64,000 bases of DNA. Source: Candidatus Marinacidobacterales bacterium. Its GTDB lineage: Bacteria > Acidobacteriota > Vicinamibacteria > Marinacidobacterales > SMYC01. The stretch covers positions 416,001-480,000 of the forward strand of contig CBDCYI010000004.1 of NCBI GenBank assembly GCA_965224085.1, given 5' to 3'. Made by a program: the position numbers and the translations under genes. The notes under the pieces are model-generated. The model did not search any database, was not told where the DNA came from, and saw only the letters and a list, made by a program, of their open reading frames with translations. Position 1 is the first letter of the stretch. Every line of letters begins with the position of its first letter. Positions 40,769 to 52,150 of this stretch are shown in pieces.

Positions 40769-41707
40769 ATGCGACTCATTCTCGCCTTCGCCTTGCTCGC
40801 CGCGACGACGGCACACGCGCAAGACTACCCCTCTCCCCGGCGCGACGTGCGCCACATCATCCCTTGGGGCGCGGGCGGCGCCACCGACACGGCGATGCGC
40901 GGCTTCATGCAGTATTTCGAGAAACACCTCGGGACTTCGGTCATCACTGAGAACATCCCCGGAGGTTTGAGCGCGGTCGGCCTCCTGCGTCTCAAGATGG
41001 CGCGGCCCGACGGTTACACCATCGGCACCTTGACCTATGACGTGCTGACCCTTTCGGCGCAGGGGCTCGCGCCGATCGCATGGGAGGACTTCGAGCCCAT
41101 CGGCATGATCACGGAGCATCCGAGCGCTCTCATCGTCGGCGCGGAACGCTTCGCGACTCTCGAGGCTTTTCGCGAAGAGGCTGCCGCGGGGGCGCGGCTC
41201 AAAGTCGGGAACGTGGGTACGGGCGGCATTTGGCATCAGCATGCCGCGGCTATGGAGAAGGCTCTGGCTATTTCTCTCACGCACATCCCTTACGAGGCCG
41301 GCTCAGGCGCACAGCTCACAGCGCTTCTCGGAGGCGAGGTCGATGCGACCCTGGCTAGTTTGCCCGCATCCTTACCTTATGTACGTGAAGGCACCTTGCG
41401 GGTGCTCGCGGTCATGTCCGAGCAACGCGACACGCTCGTGCCCGATGTGCCCACGTTTCGCGAGAAAGGCTTCGACATCGCCTATGGAGGCTTTCGTGTG
41501 CTCGCCGTTCCCAACGGCACTCCGAAAGACGTGCTCGGCCGACTCGAAACGGCGCTTCGCGCAGCTTGGAACGACCGAGCGTTCCAAGCATGGGCCGACA
41601 AAGCGGTGATCGGCGCTCGTTTTCGCGACGCGAAGGAGACCCGCGTTTATCTGCGCGACACCGCCGCGAAGGTCAGAGCACTCATGAAGGCGCTGGAGCT
41701 ATCGTGA
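40769..41707 (+). CDS. tctC: Tripartite tricarboxylate transporter substrate-binding protein
   Basis: IPWGAGGATD, ENIPGG, PDGYT, HIPY, PDVPT. Confidence 0.9.
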   Translation: MRLILAFALLAATTAHAQDYPSPRRDVRHIIPWGAGGATDTAMRGFMQYFEKHLGTSVITENIPGGLSAVGLLRLKMARPDGYTIGTLTYDVLTLSAQGLAPIAWEDFEPIGMITEHPSALIVGAERFATLEAFREEAAAGARLKVGNVGTGGIWHQHAAAMEKALAISLTHIPYEAGSGAQLTALLGGEVDATLASLPASLPYVREGTLRVLAVMSEQRDTLVPDVPTFREKGFDIAYGGFRVLAVPNGTPKDVLGRLETALRAAWNDRAFQAWADKAVIGARFRDAKETRVYLRDTAAKVRALMKALELS

Positions 41708-41968
41708 ACGGAAGCGAAGCCATCGTCCGGACGCTCAAAGGCCTCGGGGTCGACGTCATTTTCGGTCTCTGCGGCGACACGACCTTGCCTCTCCACGAAG
41801 CCTTGTACGACATCGACCACGGGATGCGCGCGCGCCGGGTCGAGAGGCCTTCCGAGCTCGGGGCCTCCATCGAGGAGAGCCTCGCGAGCGACGGTCCATA
41901 TCTGCTCGACTGTCGTCACGCAGCCGCTTCACGAAACGAAGGCGCCGGTATCGAAGTGGATAGCGTGA
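41704..41968 (+). pseudogene. ThDP-dependent (acetolactate synthase-like) enzyme collapsed by an internal deletion
   Basis: NGSEAIVRTLKGLGVDVIFGLCGD joined directly to RVERPSEL...DGPYLLD... Confidence 0.75.
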
Positions 41969-41984
41969 GCCCACGGCTCGGGCC

Positions 41985-42386
41985 ATGAACCGGGACAGTG
42001 TTTCGGGGGCGGCGCTTCTTCTTCTTTCCGGCGCTTACTTTTTTGCCGCTCGGGGGCTTCCTTCTGCGAGGGATGAGCCGGGGCCCGTTTTTTTTCCTAC
42101 GCTTCTTAGCGGTGTGCTTTTGGTTCTCGCTCTCGTCATTCTTGTTCGGGGATGGCGCTCGAGTGCCGGTGAGGCGCGGCGGCGGTCGTGGCGGGTCATT
42201 GGCGTCACGGTTGTTTACGCGGTTGTTTTTTCCTCCATAGGGTTCGCCACCGCCACCGTTGTCTATATCGGCGCTGTCGCGCTCGTGCTCGGGCGGCGGG
42301 GGTGGAGGGTGCTCGCGTTGTCGGCGGCCACGACGGTTTCCATCTATCTCGTCTTTGGTCTTGGGCTCGGGGTTCCGCTTCCTTGA
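41985..42386 (+). CDS. tctB: TctB small membrane subunit
   Basis: GPVFFP, 4-5 TM segments, LGVPLP C-terminus. Confidence 0.85.
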   Translation: MNRDSVSGAALLLLSGAYFFAARGLPSARDEPGPVFFPTLLSGVLLVLALVILVRGWRSSAGEARRRSWRVIGVTVVYAVVFSSIGFATATVVYIGAVALVLGRRGWRVLALSAATTVSIYLVFGLGLGVPLP

Positions 42387-43816
42387 CGCTCGCAGCGCTC
42401 GGCTTTCTTGCCGGCGGCGTGGCACTTGGGCTCGTCGTGGGGGCCATTCCCGGCTTAACGGCTACGCTGGCTATAGCACTTCTTCTGCCGTTCACGTTCT
42501 CGCTCGAGACGGTGGACGCGCTGCTCGCGCTCATCGGGATTTATGTGGGCGGCATCTATGGCGGCTCGATCACGGCGATCACGGTCCGCATCCCAGGAGC
42601 GCCCGCCAATACGATGACGCTACTCGACGGGCACGCCATGGCACGGGCGGGTCGAGTCGAGGAAGCGCTCGGGCTCGCTACGTTCAGCTCCTTCGTCGGC
42701 GGGATCGCGGGAGGCGTCGTGCTCGTTTTGTTTGCGCCGCAGCTCGCCCGTCTCTCGCTCGAGTTTCAATCCCCGGAGATTTTCTCGCTCGTCGTCTTGG
42801 CACTCGTCGCGGTCTCGGCCGTCAGCACCGGTCCGCTCACGAAAGGTCTCGCGGCAACGACCCTTGGGCTCATGCTCTCGACGGTTGGGCTCGACCGGCT
42901 CGTCCCCGTGAGCCGCTTCGCCATGGGCGTCCCGGATCTGCTTGCCGGCATTCCGCTGCTACCGGTCGTCATCGGGCTGTTCGCGCTGAGCGAGCTGTTC
43001 TGGCAAGCGGGCGAAAAGCTCGAATCGCTCGAGAAACCCGCGATCGCGTGGCGGCGCGCCTTCGATTTCGTACCGACCGTGAAGCGCGTCGGGTTAAAGC
43101 TTTTCGCGAAGAGCGCCGCGATTGGCGCCTTCGTCGGCGCGCTCCCCGGCGGCGGGGCGGCCATGAGTGCTTTTCTCGCCTATACCGAAGCAAAGCGGTG
43201 CGCGCCGAATCCTGCCGCGTTCGGAACCGGCATTCCCGAAGGCATCGTAGCACCCGAGACCGCTAACAACGCGATGACGGGCGGCGCCTTCGTGCCGATG
43301 CTCGCTTTCGGCATCCCAGGCGATGCGGTTACCGCGGTCATCCTGGGCGGCCTCATCATCCAAGGTCTGACGCCCGGCCCAACGCTCTTCCGTGATGCCG
43401 GCGATGTGATGACGCCCCTTTTCGTTGGCTATTTCCTCGCCTACGTACTCGTCCTCGTCCTCGGGCTTGCTCTGCTTCCTTGGTTCGCGAGCCTCGCGAC
43501 GATCGACCGCAAATATTTGCTGCCTTTCATCGGCGCGGTGTCGCTCGTCGCCGCTTATGCGTCGGAGCGGACCGCTTTCGCGATGGGGCTGACGGTCGCG
43601 ATCGGCATTTTCGGCTTCACGCTGCGGCATTTCGGCTACCCGCTCGTTCCGGTCTTGCTCGGGCTCATCCTAGGTCCGCTTCTCGAGACCAATTTCCGCC
43701 GGTCACTCATCCTGTCAGAAAACGGCGCGTGGATCTTTTTCTCGTCGCCGATAAGCGCGTGCTTACTGATTGGCGCTCTTATGCTAGCGATTTACTTCAC
43801 CCGCCGTCGCCATTAG
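42383..43816 (+). CDS. tctA: TctA large membrane subunit
   Basis: GAIPGL, YGGSITAI..IPGAP, PETANNA, GIPGD; probable TTG start overlapping the tctB stop. Confidence 0.92.
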   Translation: MTLAALGFLAGGVALGLVVGAIPGLTATLAIALLLPFTFSLETVDALLALIGIYVGGIYGGSITAITVRIPGAPANTMTLLDGHAMARAGRVEEALGLATFSSFVGGIAGGVVLVLFAPQLARLSLEFQSPEIFSLVVLALVAVSAVSTGPLTKGLAATTLGLMLSTVGLDRLVPVSRFAMGVPDLLAGIPLLPVVIGLFALSELFWQAGEKLESLEKPAIAWRRAFDFVPTVKRVGLKLFAKSAAIGAFVGALPGGGAAMSAFLAYTEAKRCAPNPAAFGTGIPEGIVAPETANNAMTGGAFVPMLAFGIPGDAVTAVILGGLIIQGLTPGPTLFRDAGDVMTPLFVGYFLAYVLVLVLGLALLPWFASLATIDRKYLLPFIGAVSLVAAYASERTAFAMGLTVAIGIFGFTLRHFGYPLVPVLLGLILGPLLETNFRRSLILSENGAWIFFSSPISACLLIGALMLAIYFTRRRH

Positions 43817-43867
43817 GTAACCCTTGGCCTTTTTCTTAGCCATCTCGGTCTAGAGCGGCTTCGTACG

Positions 43868-45916
43868 CTACTCGCTCGCCGGAGTCGTGCCCAGTGCATG
43901 ATGCGTGACCCACTCGAATTGGCGCTTCAAGCGGTCGAGCCGGTGGTAGTACTCACGCAAGCCATGGCCTTCGCGCGGGTAGAAAACGAGCTCGACAGAA
44001 ACGCCGCGGTCTTTGAGCGCGCGGTAGAACTCCATTGGCTGGCCAATGGGCACGCGCTGGTCGCTTCCACCATGAAGGATCAATGTCGGAGTCGTGACCT
44101 GATCGGCGAAGGTCAGCCCTGACCGGTCGCGATAGAGCTGCTCCGTCTCTGATGACAACGTTCCGTTGAAGAACGTACCCAGATAACTTGGGATGTCGTT
44201 GGTGCCGTACATGCTGACGAGATTCGTGAGACCGGCCCCGATCATCGCCGCTTTGAAACGCGTCGTCTGCGACACCGTCCAGCACGTCATGTAGCCGCCA
44301 TAGCTCCAGCCTTGAAAGGCGAGCTTGTCGGGATCGGCGATCCCCATCTCGATCACGGCATCGACCCCGGCCATGATGTCGCGGTAGTCTCCCCCGCCCC
44401 AATCCGCAAGATTTCCCTGCATGAACGTCTCACCGTAATTCGTGCTGCCGCGCGGATTCGGATAAAGCACCGCCCATCCTTGACCGGCCCAGTGTTGCCC
44501 GCCGTCGCCGTAGCGCACGCGGTAGAAATCGTGATGCGCGCCGTTGGGGCCGCCATGCGCCACGGTCATGAGCGGATAACGCTCGCCTTGAAGGTAGCCA
44601 ACCGGCTTCACGAGAACGCCTTCGATCTCGAAGCCATCAGTGCTCGTCCACCGGATGACTTCAGTCTCGCCAAGCGCAAGCTCTCGCGCGTCGGGATGGA
44701 CGTCGCTGAGCTTTGCCGGCGCGGAAAAATCGAGCCCCGACACGTAGACGTCGGCCGGCGCCTCGGCGGATTCGAGCGTAAAGGCCGCCCGCGAGCCGTC
44801 GGCGCTCACCGAGCCCAAGCCGACGAATCGTTTGTCGGTGAGCTTGTCGTAGCGATCCGATGCGACGTCATAAGCGAAGACTTCACGATAAACGCTATCG
44901 CCCGCGGTAAAAAGGATCCTCCGGCTGTCCGGCGTCCATCGGGGATTTCCGGGAATCCGATCGAACCCCGTCGAAACATCTGTGAGGCTCCCTTCCTGCA
45001 CATCGTAGATCGTCAAACGTGCGTTCATCAGCGGTTGGATGAGCGTGCCGTCGGGAAGCGGCTCGCTCTCATTCGGGATCGACAGGAAGGCGATGGCCCT
45101 GCCGTCCAGAGACCATTTGGGTGAGCGATCCGCTCCGGGATTATCGGTAATCTTGCGCGCGCCGCCTCCGACCGGCAGAACATAAACGTCGTCGCGGCTG
45201 TCTCGAAGCCAGAGCGTAGGAGCACCGGTAAAAGCAATCCGGGTCCCGTCGGGAGACCAGCTCGGGCGGCCCTTGACGGTGAATGCGGAAGCTTCGGTTT
45301 GAATCACCGCCTCTTTGGAGGAGACGTCGATCACCCACAGTCGGTTGAATCGCGCGTCGTCTTCATAGACGAGCGGATCGTCGCGACGCTCTTTCTTTTC
45401 TTCGTCGTCTTCGGAGAGAGCCTCTTTCGAAGTGAAAGCAATCTTGCCGCCGTCCGGCGACCAAACATAATCGAGGACGCCCTCTTTTGCTTCTGTTAAT
45501 GGCATCGCTTCACCGCCGGCGGCGCGCATCAGCCAGACTTGCCGCTTGGGCTCGTCTTCCTCGTCCTTGCCGCTTCCGCGCGCGGCGAGAAAGCTCACCC
45601 ACTTGCCGTCCGGCGACCACTGCGGCCCACTCTCGCCCTTTTCGCCAAAAGTTAGCTGCGTCGCCGCGCCGCCTTCGGACGCCACCCGCCAGAGATGCGA
45701 AACGAAGTTCTTCGCACCTTCTTTATCGCCCTCCTCCCAGGCCGTCACGGAGTAGACAACCGCAGCACCGTCGGGAGAGATCTGCGGCAAGCCGACACTC
45801 TTCATCGACAAGATATCCTCGAAGTCGACAGGACGCTTGTCCTGCGCAAGACCGAAGGAGTCGACGCCAAGAGCCCCCGAAACGAGAGCAACGAGAGCGA
45901 GGTATCGATATTTCAT
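43868..45916 (-). CDS. S9 family peptidase
   Basis: Start MKYRYL with signal peptide; GWSYGG, NPRGS, YPREGHG. Confidence 0.93.
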   Translation of the reverse strand: MKYRYLALVALVSGALGVDSFGLAQDKRPVDFEDILSMKSVGLPQISPDGAAVVYSVTAWEEGDKEGAKNFVSHLWRVASEGGAATQLTFGEKGESGPQWSPDGKWVSFLAARGSGKDEEDEPKRQVWLMRAAGGEAMPLTEAKEGVLDYVWSPDGGKIAFTSKEALSEDDEEKKERRDDPLVYEDDARFNRLWVIDVSSKEAVIQTEASAFTVKGRPSWSPDGTRIAFTGAPTLWLRDSRDDVYVLPVGGGARKITDNPGADRSPKWSLDGRAIAFLSIPNESEPLPDGTLIQPLMNARLTIYDVQEGSLTDVSTGFDRIPGNPRWTPDSRRILFTAGDSVYREVFAYDVASDRYDKLTDKRFVGLGSVSADGSRAAFTLESAEAPADVYVSGLDFSAPAKLSDVHPDARELALGETEVIRWTSTDGFEIEGVLVKPVGYLQGERYPLMTVAHGGPNGAHHDFYRVRYGDGGQHWAGQGWAVLYPNPRGSTNYGETFMQGNLADWGGGDYRDIMAGVDAVIEMGIADPDKLAFQGWSYGGYMTCWTVSQTTRFKAAMIGAGLTNLVSMYGTNDIPSYLGTFFNGTLSSETEQLYRDRSGLTFADQVTTPTLILHGGSDQRVPIGQPMEFYRALKDRGVSVELVFYPREGHGLREYYHRLDRLKRQFEWVTHHALGTTPASE

Positions 45917-45969
45917 ACCGTTTCTATACCACAAAGCGAGAGCGGCCGGCGGCACGCTAGAATGGACAT

Positions 45970-47517
45970 ATGGAGCCGGCACGCCGATTCATCGTGACAC
46001 CGACGATCGTGGCCATGAACGTCGCCATCTTTCTCGCGATGGTGAGCCTCGGCGTCTCCGCGACTACGCCCGGTCCCTGGGAGCTCTTGCCGTTCGGCGC
46101 CAATTTCGGCGGCTACACCGTGGACGGGCAGTGGTGGCGCTTGCTCACCTCCACGTTTCTCCACTTCGGCGTGCTCCATATCGGTTTCAACATGTGGTGC
46201 CTCTGGAGCCTCGGCCGTTTGGCCGAACGGATGTTCGGGAACTGGCAATTTCTCGCGATCTACCTGCTCACCGGTCTCGGGGGAAGCGCTGCTAGCCTCA
46301 TCTGGCATCCCTATGTCGTGAGCGCCGGCGCGTCCGGCGCCGTGTTCGGGATCGCCGGGGCGCTCGCTTCGTTTCTGTATCTCGCTCACATCCACTTGCC
46401 CGAGAAAGTCGGGCGCGATCTTCTGACGAGCATCCTATTCTTTATCGGCATCAACTTGATCATCGGCTTCTCGCTCGACTTCGTCGACAACGCGGGCCAT
46501 CTCGGCGGGCTCGTCGTAGGCGCGATTCTCGGCGCGGCACTCAAGTATCGCACCGCCTTTCTTCTTGCCGCGGCAACCGCCGTCGTTGCGCTCGTCGCGT
46601 CGACGCCCATCGCGAAAGAGCGCGCGCACAATAGCGCTGCGGTCCTCGAGACCGAGGCGCTGCTCCTCGCCGCCACGGCCCGAAGCGAGGAAGCGCTCGC
46701 CAAGATCGAGGACGCACTCGAGAGCGAGGCCACGGTCCGAAGGCTCAGCATGGCGGCCGAGCTCTACCTCACGAGGGGACGCTACGGCGACGCGGTCGAC
46801 GCCGCGCGCCGCGCGGTCGCGCTCGACCCGCAGCACAAACCCTCCCAACAACTGCTCGGAACGGCCCTGTTCTCGGCCAGGCGGTACGAAGAGGCGGTGG
46901 ACGAGCTCCGCCTCACGATCCAGCTCGAGAGCGTCGACGAGCGGCGCGATGCCCTCGAGCGCAACCCCGCTGCGCTACAGAGTCACGTGCTTCTCAGTCG
47001 ATCGCTTCATGAACTCGGGCGCCAAGAGGAGGCCGTGAAGGTTCTCGCGGAGGACCTCGAGTGGGCGCCCGACTCGTTCGTCGCTCACAACGAGATTGGC
47101 CTCGTCTATTACCGCATCGATGAGATCAAGCTCGCCGTCGCCGCTCTTCGAAGAGCCGCAGAGCTCGAGCCCGGCCACCCTGAGCCCCACAACCGCCTTT
47201 CGCTGATCCTAGCGCCAAGCGGCGCACTCGACGAAGCACTCCAATCGATCGATACCGCCATGGAGCTCTTACCCAACGCACCGCACCTACTCGACAGCCT
47301 CGGGACGGTGCGCTTTTATCGCGGCGAGCTCGACCTTGCCGTCGAAGCCTATCGCGAAGCCATTGCGCTCGAGCCGCAACGGGCCGTCTATCACTACAAC
47401 CTCGCCATGGCGTTTCTCGAAAACGGTAACAAAGCGGCCGCCGCGGAAGCGAGGGCCGAAGCGCTGCGGCTACAACCCCATTTCGAGCCCACCGAGGAAG
47501 GTCGACCCGAGATCTGA
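45970..47517 (+). CDS. Rhomboid intramembrane serine protease with C-terminal TPR repeats
   Basis: WWRLLTSTFLH, HIGFN, GASG, GHLGG, followed by TPR-like helices. Confidence 0.9.
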   Translation: MEPARRFIVTPTIVAMNVAIFLAMVSLGVSATTPGPWELLPFGANFGGYTVDGQWWRLLTSTFLHFGVLHIGFNMWCLWSLGRLAERMFGNWQFLAIYLLTGLGGSAASLIWHPYVVSAGASGAVFGIAGALASFLYLAHIHLPEKVGRDLLTSILFFIGINLIIGFSLDFVDNAGHLGGLVVGAILGAALKYRTAFLLAAATAVVALVASTPIAKERAHNSAAVLETEALLLAATARSEEALAKIEDALESEATVRRLSMAAELYLTRGRYGDAVDAARRAVALDPQHKPSQQLLGTALFSARRYEEAVDELRLTIQLESVDERRDALERNPAALQSHVLLSRSLHELGRQEEAVKVLAEDLEWAPDSFVAHNEIGLVYYRIDEIKLAVAALRRAAELEPGHPEPHNRLSLILAPSGALDEALQSIDTAMELLPNAPHLLDSLGTVRFYRGELDLAVEAYREAIALEPQRAVYHYNLAMAFLENGNKAAAAEARAEALRLQPHFEPTEEGRPEI

Positions 47518-47521
47518 GCCG

Positions 47522-48772
47522 ATGGCCGGGCGGGCGGTGGTCGTGGGTGGCGGCGGGATCGGTGTCGCCTCAGCCTACTATCTGAACCGCTCGGGCTGGA
47601 ACGTGACGCTCGTCGACAAGGGCAGGATCGGCCGCGGTTGTTCGTACGGCAACGCCGGCCTCATCGTGCCGAGCCACTCGGAGCCGCTTCCCGGCCCGGG
47701 CGTCATCGGCCAGGCGCTCCGCTTCATGACGAAGAGGGACGGCCCGTTCTATGTGCGTCCGAGGCTCGATGTGGGCCTCCTGCGTTTCTTTTGGCAGTTC
47801 CGCCGCTACTGCAATGCTCCTAAGGCCCGGCGCGCTTTTAGCGCTCTGCTCGGCCTCAGCGCGGGGAGCCTCGAGCTTTACGAAAAGCTGCGGCGCGACG
47901 GCGATGCCGATTTTTTTTTCGAGCGCCGCGGCCTCGTCGAAGTCGCTCTCACCGACGACGGCGTGGAACACTTCCGCCACGCACGCGAAGCACTGGATGC
48001 GGAGGGCTTCAACACGAAACTCCTTTCCCGAGACGAGGCGCTCGCGATCGAGCCCGCCCTTTCGCCGACTGTTCGCGGTGGGCTCTTCACCGAAGGTGAA
48101 GCGCACGGCTCTAGCTTCGCCTATATCACGTCGCTCGCGGCGACGCTCGAAAAGCGAGGGGCTTGCGTTGTCACCGATCGTGCGATCTCGCGGATCGTGC
48201 ACGACCGTGCGCGCCACATGAAAGGAGTCGAGCTCGATGGCGGCGAAACGCTCGAGGCCGATCTCGTCGTGCTCGCGGCGGGCGCCTGGTCCAGAACACT
48301 TGCAAAACCCCTCGGCGTCGACATTCCTCTGCAGCCGGCCAAAGGTTATAGCTGCACCATCGACACTTTCGAGGGCGCGCCGAGCTACCCGATTCTCGTG
48401 AAGGAACGCCGCGTTATCGTCACGCCTCTCGATTCCCGATTGCGCTTCGCCGGCACGCTCGAGCTCACGGGCTTCGACGAGACCATTCACGGGGTGCGCT
48501 ATGACGCGGTAAAGCGCGCCGGGTGCGAGATTTTGAACATTCGACGACCGCCCATGGAGAACGAAGAGCCTTGGAGCGGCTTGCGGCCCTTGACTCCAGA
48601 CGGCCTTCCTATCGTCGATTGGGCGCAGCCTTATCGAGGTCTTCTCGTGGCCACCGGACACGCGATGCTCGGGTTCACGCAATCCCCGATGACGGGGAAG
48701 CTCGTCGCGGAGCTCGCGAGTGGTGACGAGCCGTCCATCTCGCTCGAGCCTTTCCGCCTGGGTCGTTTTTGA
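47522..48772 (+). CDS. D-amino acid dehydrogenase-like FAD oxidoreductase
   Basis: GGGGIG, SYGNAG, PAKGYS, GLRPLTPDGLP, GHAMLG. Confidence 0.9.
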   Translation: MAGRAVVVGGGGIGVASAYYLNRSGWNVTLVDKGRIGRGCSYGNAGLIVPSHSEPLPGPGVIGQALRFMTKRDGPFYVRPRLDVGLLRFFWQFRRYCNAPKARRAFSALLGLSAGSLELYEKLRRDGDADFFFERRGLVEVALTDDGVEHFRHAREALDAEGFNTKLLSRDEALAIEPALSPTVRGGLFTEGEAHGSSFAYITSLAATLEKRGACVVTDRAISRIVHDRARHMKGVELDGGETLEADLVVLAAGAWSRTLAKPLGVDIPLQPAKGYSCTIDTFEGAPSYPILVKERRVIVTPLDSRLRFAGTLELTGFDETIHGVRYDAVKRAGCEILNIRRPPMENEEPWSGLRPLTPDGLPIVDWAQPYRGLLVATGHAMLGFTQSPMTGKLVAELASGDEPSISLEPFRLGRF

Positions 48773-50790
48773 GCTTCGTGCTCCTCTTTCTTGCGCTTTC
48801 ACAATCGATCGAAGACGTCCGGGTCGAGGGTAACTTGCGCTTGTCGGACGACGCCATTCGCCATCACGCCGCGGTCACGACGGAAGATGAGCTTGCGGAG
48901 GCGTTTCAACGTGTGTGGGCGACGGGGCTGTTCGAAGATGTCCGCTTCGATCGTGAAAACGGTGACCTCGTCATCCACGTGGAAGAAAAGCCGCTCCTCG
49001 CCGCGTACCGGCTCGAAGGCGAGAATCTATTCCAGGAAGAAGAGCTACTCGAAGGCTTGCGGAGAGCAGGGTTCGATTTGCACACGAACCGCGCGTTGGG
49101 TCAAGACGACGCGCGTACCGTCGCGCGTCTCACCCAACAGTTTCTAGGCGAAGAGGTAGACGTGCGCGCGCGTGGAGCCTCTCCCCGACGCGCGCGTCGA
49201 GCTCGTCCTCACCGTCGAGAAACTCCCCATCGAGCAGCTTTCGAGCCTCGAGCTCGACGGCAACGAGGCCCTCACGGACGCTGAGCTCCGCGACGTGATG
49301 CATCTGAAGCCACGAGACTGGACGACGCGCATCACCGGCCGTGACAAGCTCTCACAACGAGCGCTCGAGGCGGACCTCAAAAGCCTCCGCAAACTCTATC
49401 GCTCGCGCGGCTATCGCGATATCCGGGTGGGTCCGGTCGATCTCGATAAAGCGCTCCGGATCCCGATCGTCGAAGGCCGACGCTATCGCCTCGATGCCGT
49501 CGAGATCGAGCCAGGCTCGCTTCTGAGCCAGGAGGAAGCAAACGCTTTTCTTCCTAGCCCGGGCGGCGTCTATGACGCGAGCGCGCTCGATGCCGTGACG
49601 GCACGCGTCGAACGTCACTACCAGTCCCGTGGCTATCCCGGTGTGCGCGTTGTGCGGGAAGAAAAGGCCGTCGCGGGCGCGGTGCACTTGATACTTCGGA
49701 TCGACGAAGGGGCCTTTCTTCGCGTCGGACGGATCCTGTTCCGTGGCAACGATCGTCATCGCGACCGCGATCTCCGGCAACAGCTCGACCTCGACGAGTC
49801 CGAGCGATTCAACCAGCAGCTCGTCGAACGGGATGTCGGGGCCCTCACGCGGCTCGAGACCATCGCCCGCGTCGTGCCCGAGATCGACTTCACCGCGCGG
49901 CCGGGACGTGTGGACATCACTTATCACATCGAAGAGGTGGACCCGTTCGAATATTTGATCGGCGGCGGCGTGAACGGGGTTCAAGGCGGGACGGGAAACG
50001 GCCAATTTATCGCCAAGAGCCTCCTCGGGCGCGGCGACATGTGGCGCTTCAACTTGGATCTCGGGGACCGTCTCCAGAATTTCGGTGTCAGCTATCGGGA
50101 TCCGTCGACGCTCGGCCATCGTCTCTTCTACTCCGTCGATTTCGTGCGTGCCAACTTGACCTATACAGACGAGACTTCGGAAAACACATTCGATTTCGCC
50201 TTTCGCATGGGCGGCCCGCAAAGCCGGCGGCGCCAATTTCTCGGAGGTGTTCGCGCCGTTCAATTCACGCTCGATACGAGCTTGGACGACGTCGTCCCTT
50301 TCTTGACGCCTTTCATCGGGCAGCGATTCCGAACGTATCGTGCGAGCGCAGCGCTCGCCTTCGACAGTCGGGAACGCCAGGTGTTCCCGTCGCGAGGCAC
50401 GGGGCTTTCTCTCGGTGTCGAACTCGTGACCGGAGACGTCGAAGCGGCCCACGCGCGCGCTCAGCTCACCCAGCTCGTGCGTCTCGGTGGAAGCCGGCGG
50501 CACCTGCTAGCGCTCTCGGGCCGCGTCGAAGCCGTCTGGTCATTCGGCGCGACCGTAGCCGACGGGCTGCCGCGTTTCGAACGTTTGTTCCTCGGTACTG
50601 AGAACGACATGCGCGGCTTCGCCATCCGCGGCGTCGGGCCGCGCGACGCCGACATCGTCGTGGGCGGCGACCGGCTCGTCTTCGCCGCAGCCGAGTATCA
50701 GTTCGCGCCTCACCCGCGCGTCCGGCTCACGGGCTTCTTCGATATCGGAAACGTCTACGCGACCGACTTCGAAGGCCTCGAGATGCCTTA

Positions 50791-52150
50791 GGGCCTGTTA
50801 CATATTAATATTTACAATACACTGTCATTGCTGCTATCCTCTGCTGGTTGCGAGACTATACGAGGATGGCAACAGATCGAAAGGTACCAGAGTCTGAGCG
50901 TCACTGGTTGAGGGTGCTGGGGACGTTGAACGAAGCGCAAGCGCGTGTTTTTGTGGCTCAACGGGCGCTTGAAGAAGGACGCGGCGGGGTCAGTCGGCTG
51001 TCACGACTTACGGGGATGTCGCGGCCGACCATCATGAAGGGCGTGGCGGAACTCAAAGCGAAAGCGCCGATAGTTGATGACGACAGCGCCCGAGTGCGCA
51101 AGCCTGGCGGGGGGAGAAAGCGGGTCGAGGAGTTAGACCCGAGAATCGAGCGGCAGCTGAAGAAGATCCTCGACGAAAGAACCGCCGGCGACCCGATGAA
51201 GCATCTCAAATGGACGAACAAGTCCACGAGAGCGATGGCGGAGGAGCTTGAACGCAAAGGTCACGATGTCTCGCACGTGACAGTTGCTCGACGCCTAGGA
51301 GAAATGGGTTACTCGCTGCAAGCTAACGTGAAGAGACTGGAAGGGGATCAGCACCCGGATCGGGACAAACAGTTTCGTTACATCAACAAGCAAGTAAGCA
51401 AGTTCATGCGAAGCAAGGATCCGGTCGTGAGCGTCGATACCAAGAAGAAGGAATTGATAGGAGCCTTTGAAAACAGGGGTAAAACGTGGAGGAAGAAGAA
51501 GGGCGGAGGTGAGCCGGTTCTTGTACACGACTTCCCCAGTATGGCTGAGGGCAAAGCAATTCCCTATGGGACTTACGATGTGTCCCGCGACGAAGCGCTG
51601 GTCAACGTCGGCATTACTCACGAGACTGCGGAATTCGCGGTAGAAAGCATCCGGAGATGGTGGCGCATACTCGGAAAAAAGTCTTATCCGATGGCGAAAC
51701 GTCTGCTTGTTTGCGCGGACGCCGGTGGAAGCAACGGAAACCGGCTGCGAGGCTGGAAGCTCCACCTCCAAAAGCTATCGGACCAACTGAAGATTCCCAT
51801 CACCGTATGCCACTATCCACCGGGAACCAGTAAATGGAACAAAATCGAACATCGACTATTCTCCTTTGTCAGCATGAACTGGAAAGGACGGCCTCTCGTG
51901 AGCTACGAGGCGGTCGTCAATCTTATCGGCAACACCAAGACCCGAACCGGCTTGAAGGTAAAGGCCATGCTGGACAAGAACTCCTACGAGACAGGCCAGA
52001 AGGTCAGTAACGAAGAAATGCAGGAGCTTCGACTCAAAATCCACCCCTTCCACGGCAACTGGAATTACACTCTCCATCCCCGACGTGCTTGATTGAGGGT
52101 ATTAATTCTTACCGAACTCGTATTTGTAAATATTATTATGTAACAGCCCC
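50791..52150 (+). mobile_element. ISAzo13 family insertion sequence
   Basis: Inverted repeats GGGCCTGTTACATATTAATATTTACAA / TTGTAAATATTATTATGTAACAGCCCC; flanks TTA/TAA; lower GC. Confidence 0.9.
50848..52092 (+). CDS. ISAzo13 DDE transposase
   Basis: SVDTKKKE, ADAGGSN, PPGTSKWNKIEHRLFS, FHGNWNY. Confidence 0.93.
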   Translation: MRDYTRMATDRKVPESERHWLRVLGTLNEAQARVFVAQRALEEGRGGVSRLSRLTGMSRPTIMKGVAELKAKAPIVDDDSARVRKPGGGRKRVEELDPRIERQLKKILDERTAGDPMKHLKWTNKSTRAMAEELERKGHDVSHVTVARRLGEMGYSLQANVKRLEGDQHPDRDKQFRYINKQVSKFMRSKDPVVSVDTKKKELIGAFENRGKTWRKKKGGGEPVLVHDFPSMAEGKAIPYGTYDVSRDEALVNVGITHETAEFAVESIRRWWRILGKKSYPMAKRLLVCADAGGSNGNRLRGWKLHLQKLSDQLKIPITVCHYPPGTSKWNKIEHRLFSFVSMNWKGRPLVSYEAVVNLIGNTKTRTGLKVKAMLDKNSYETGQKVSNEEMQELRLKIHPFHGNWNYTLHPRRA

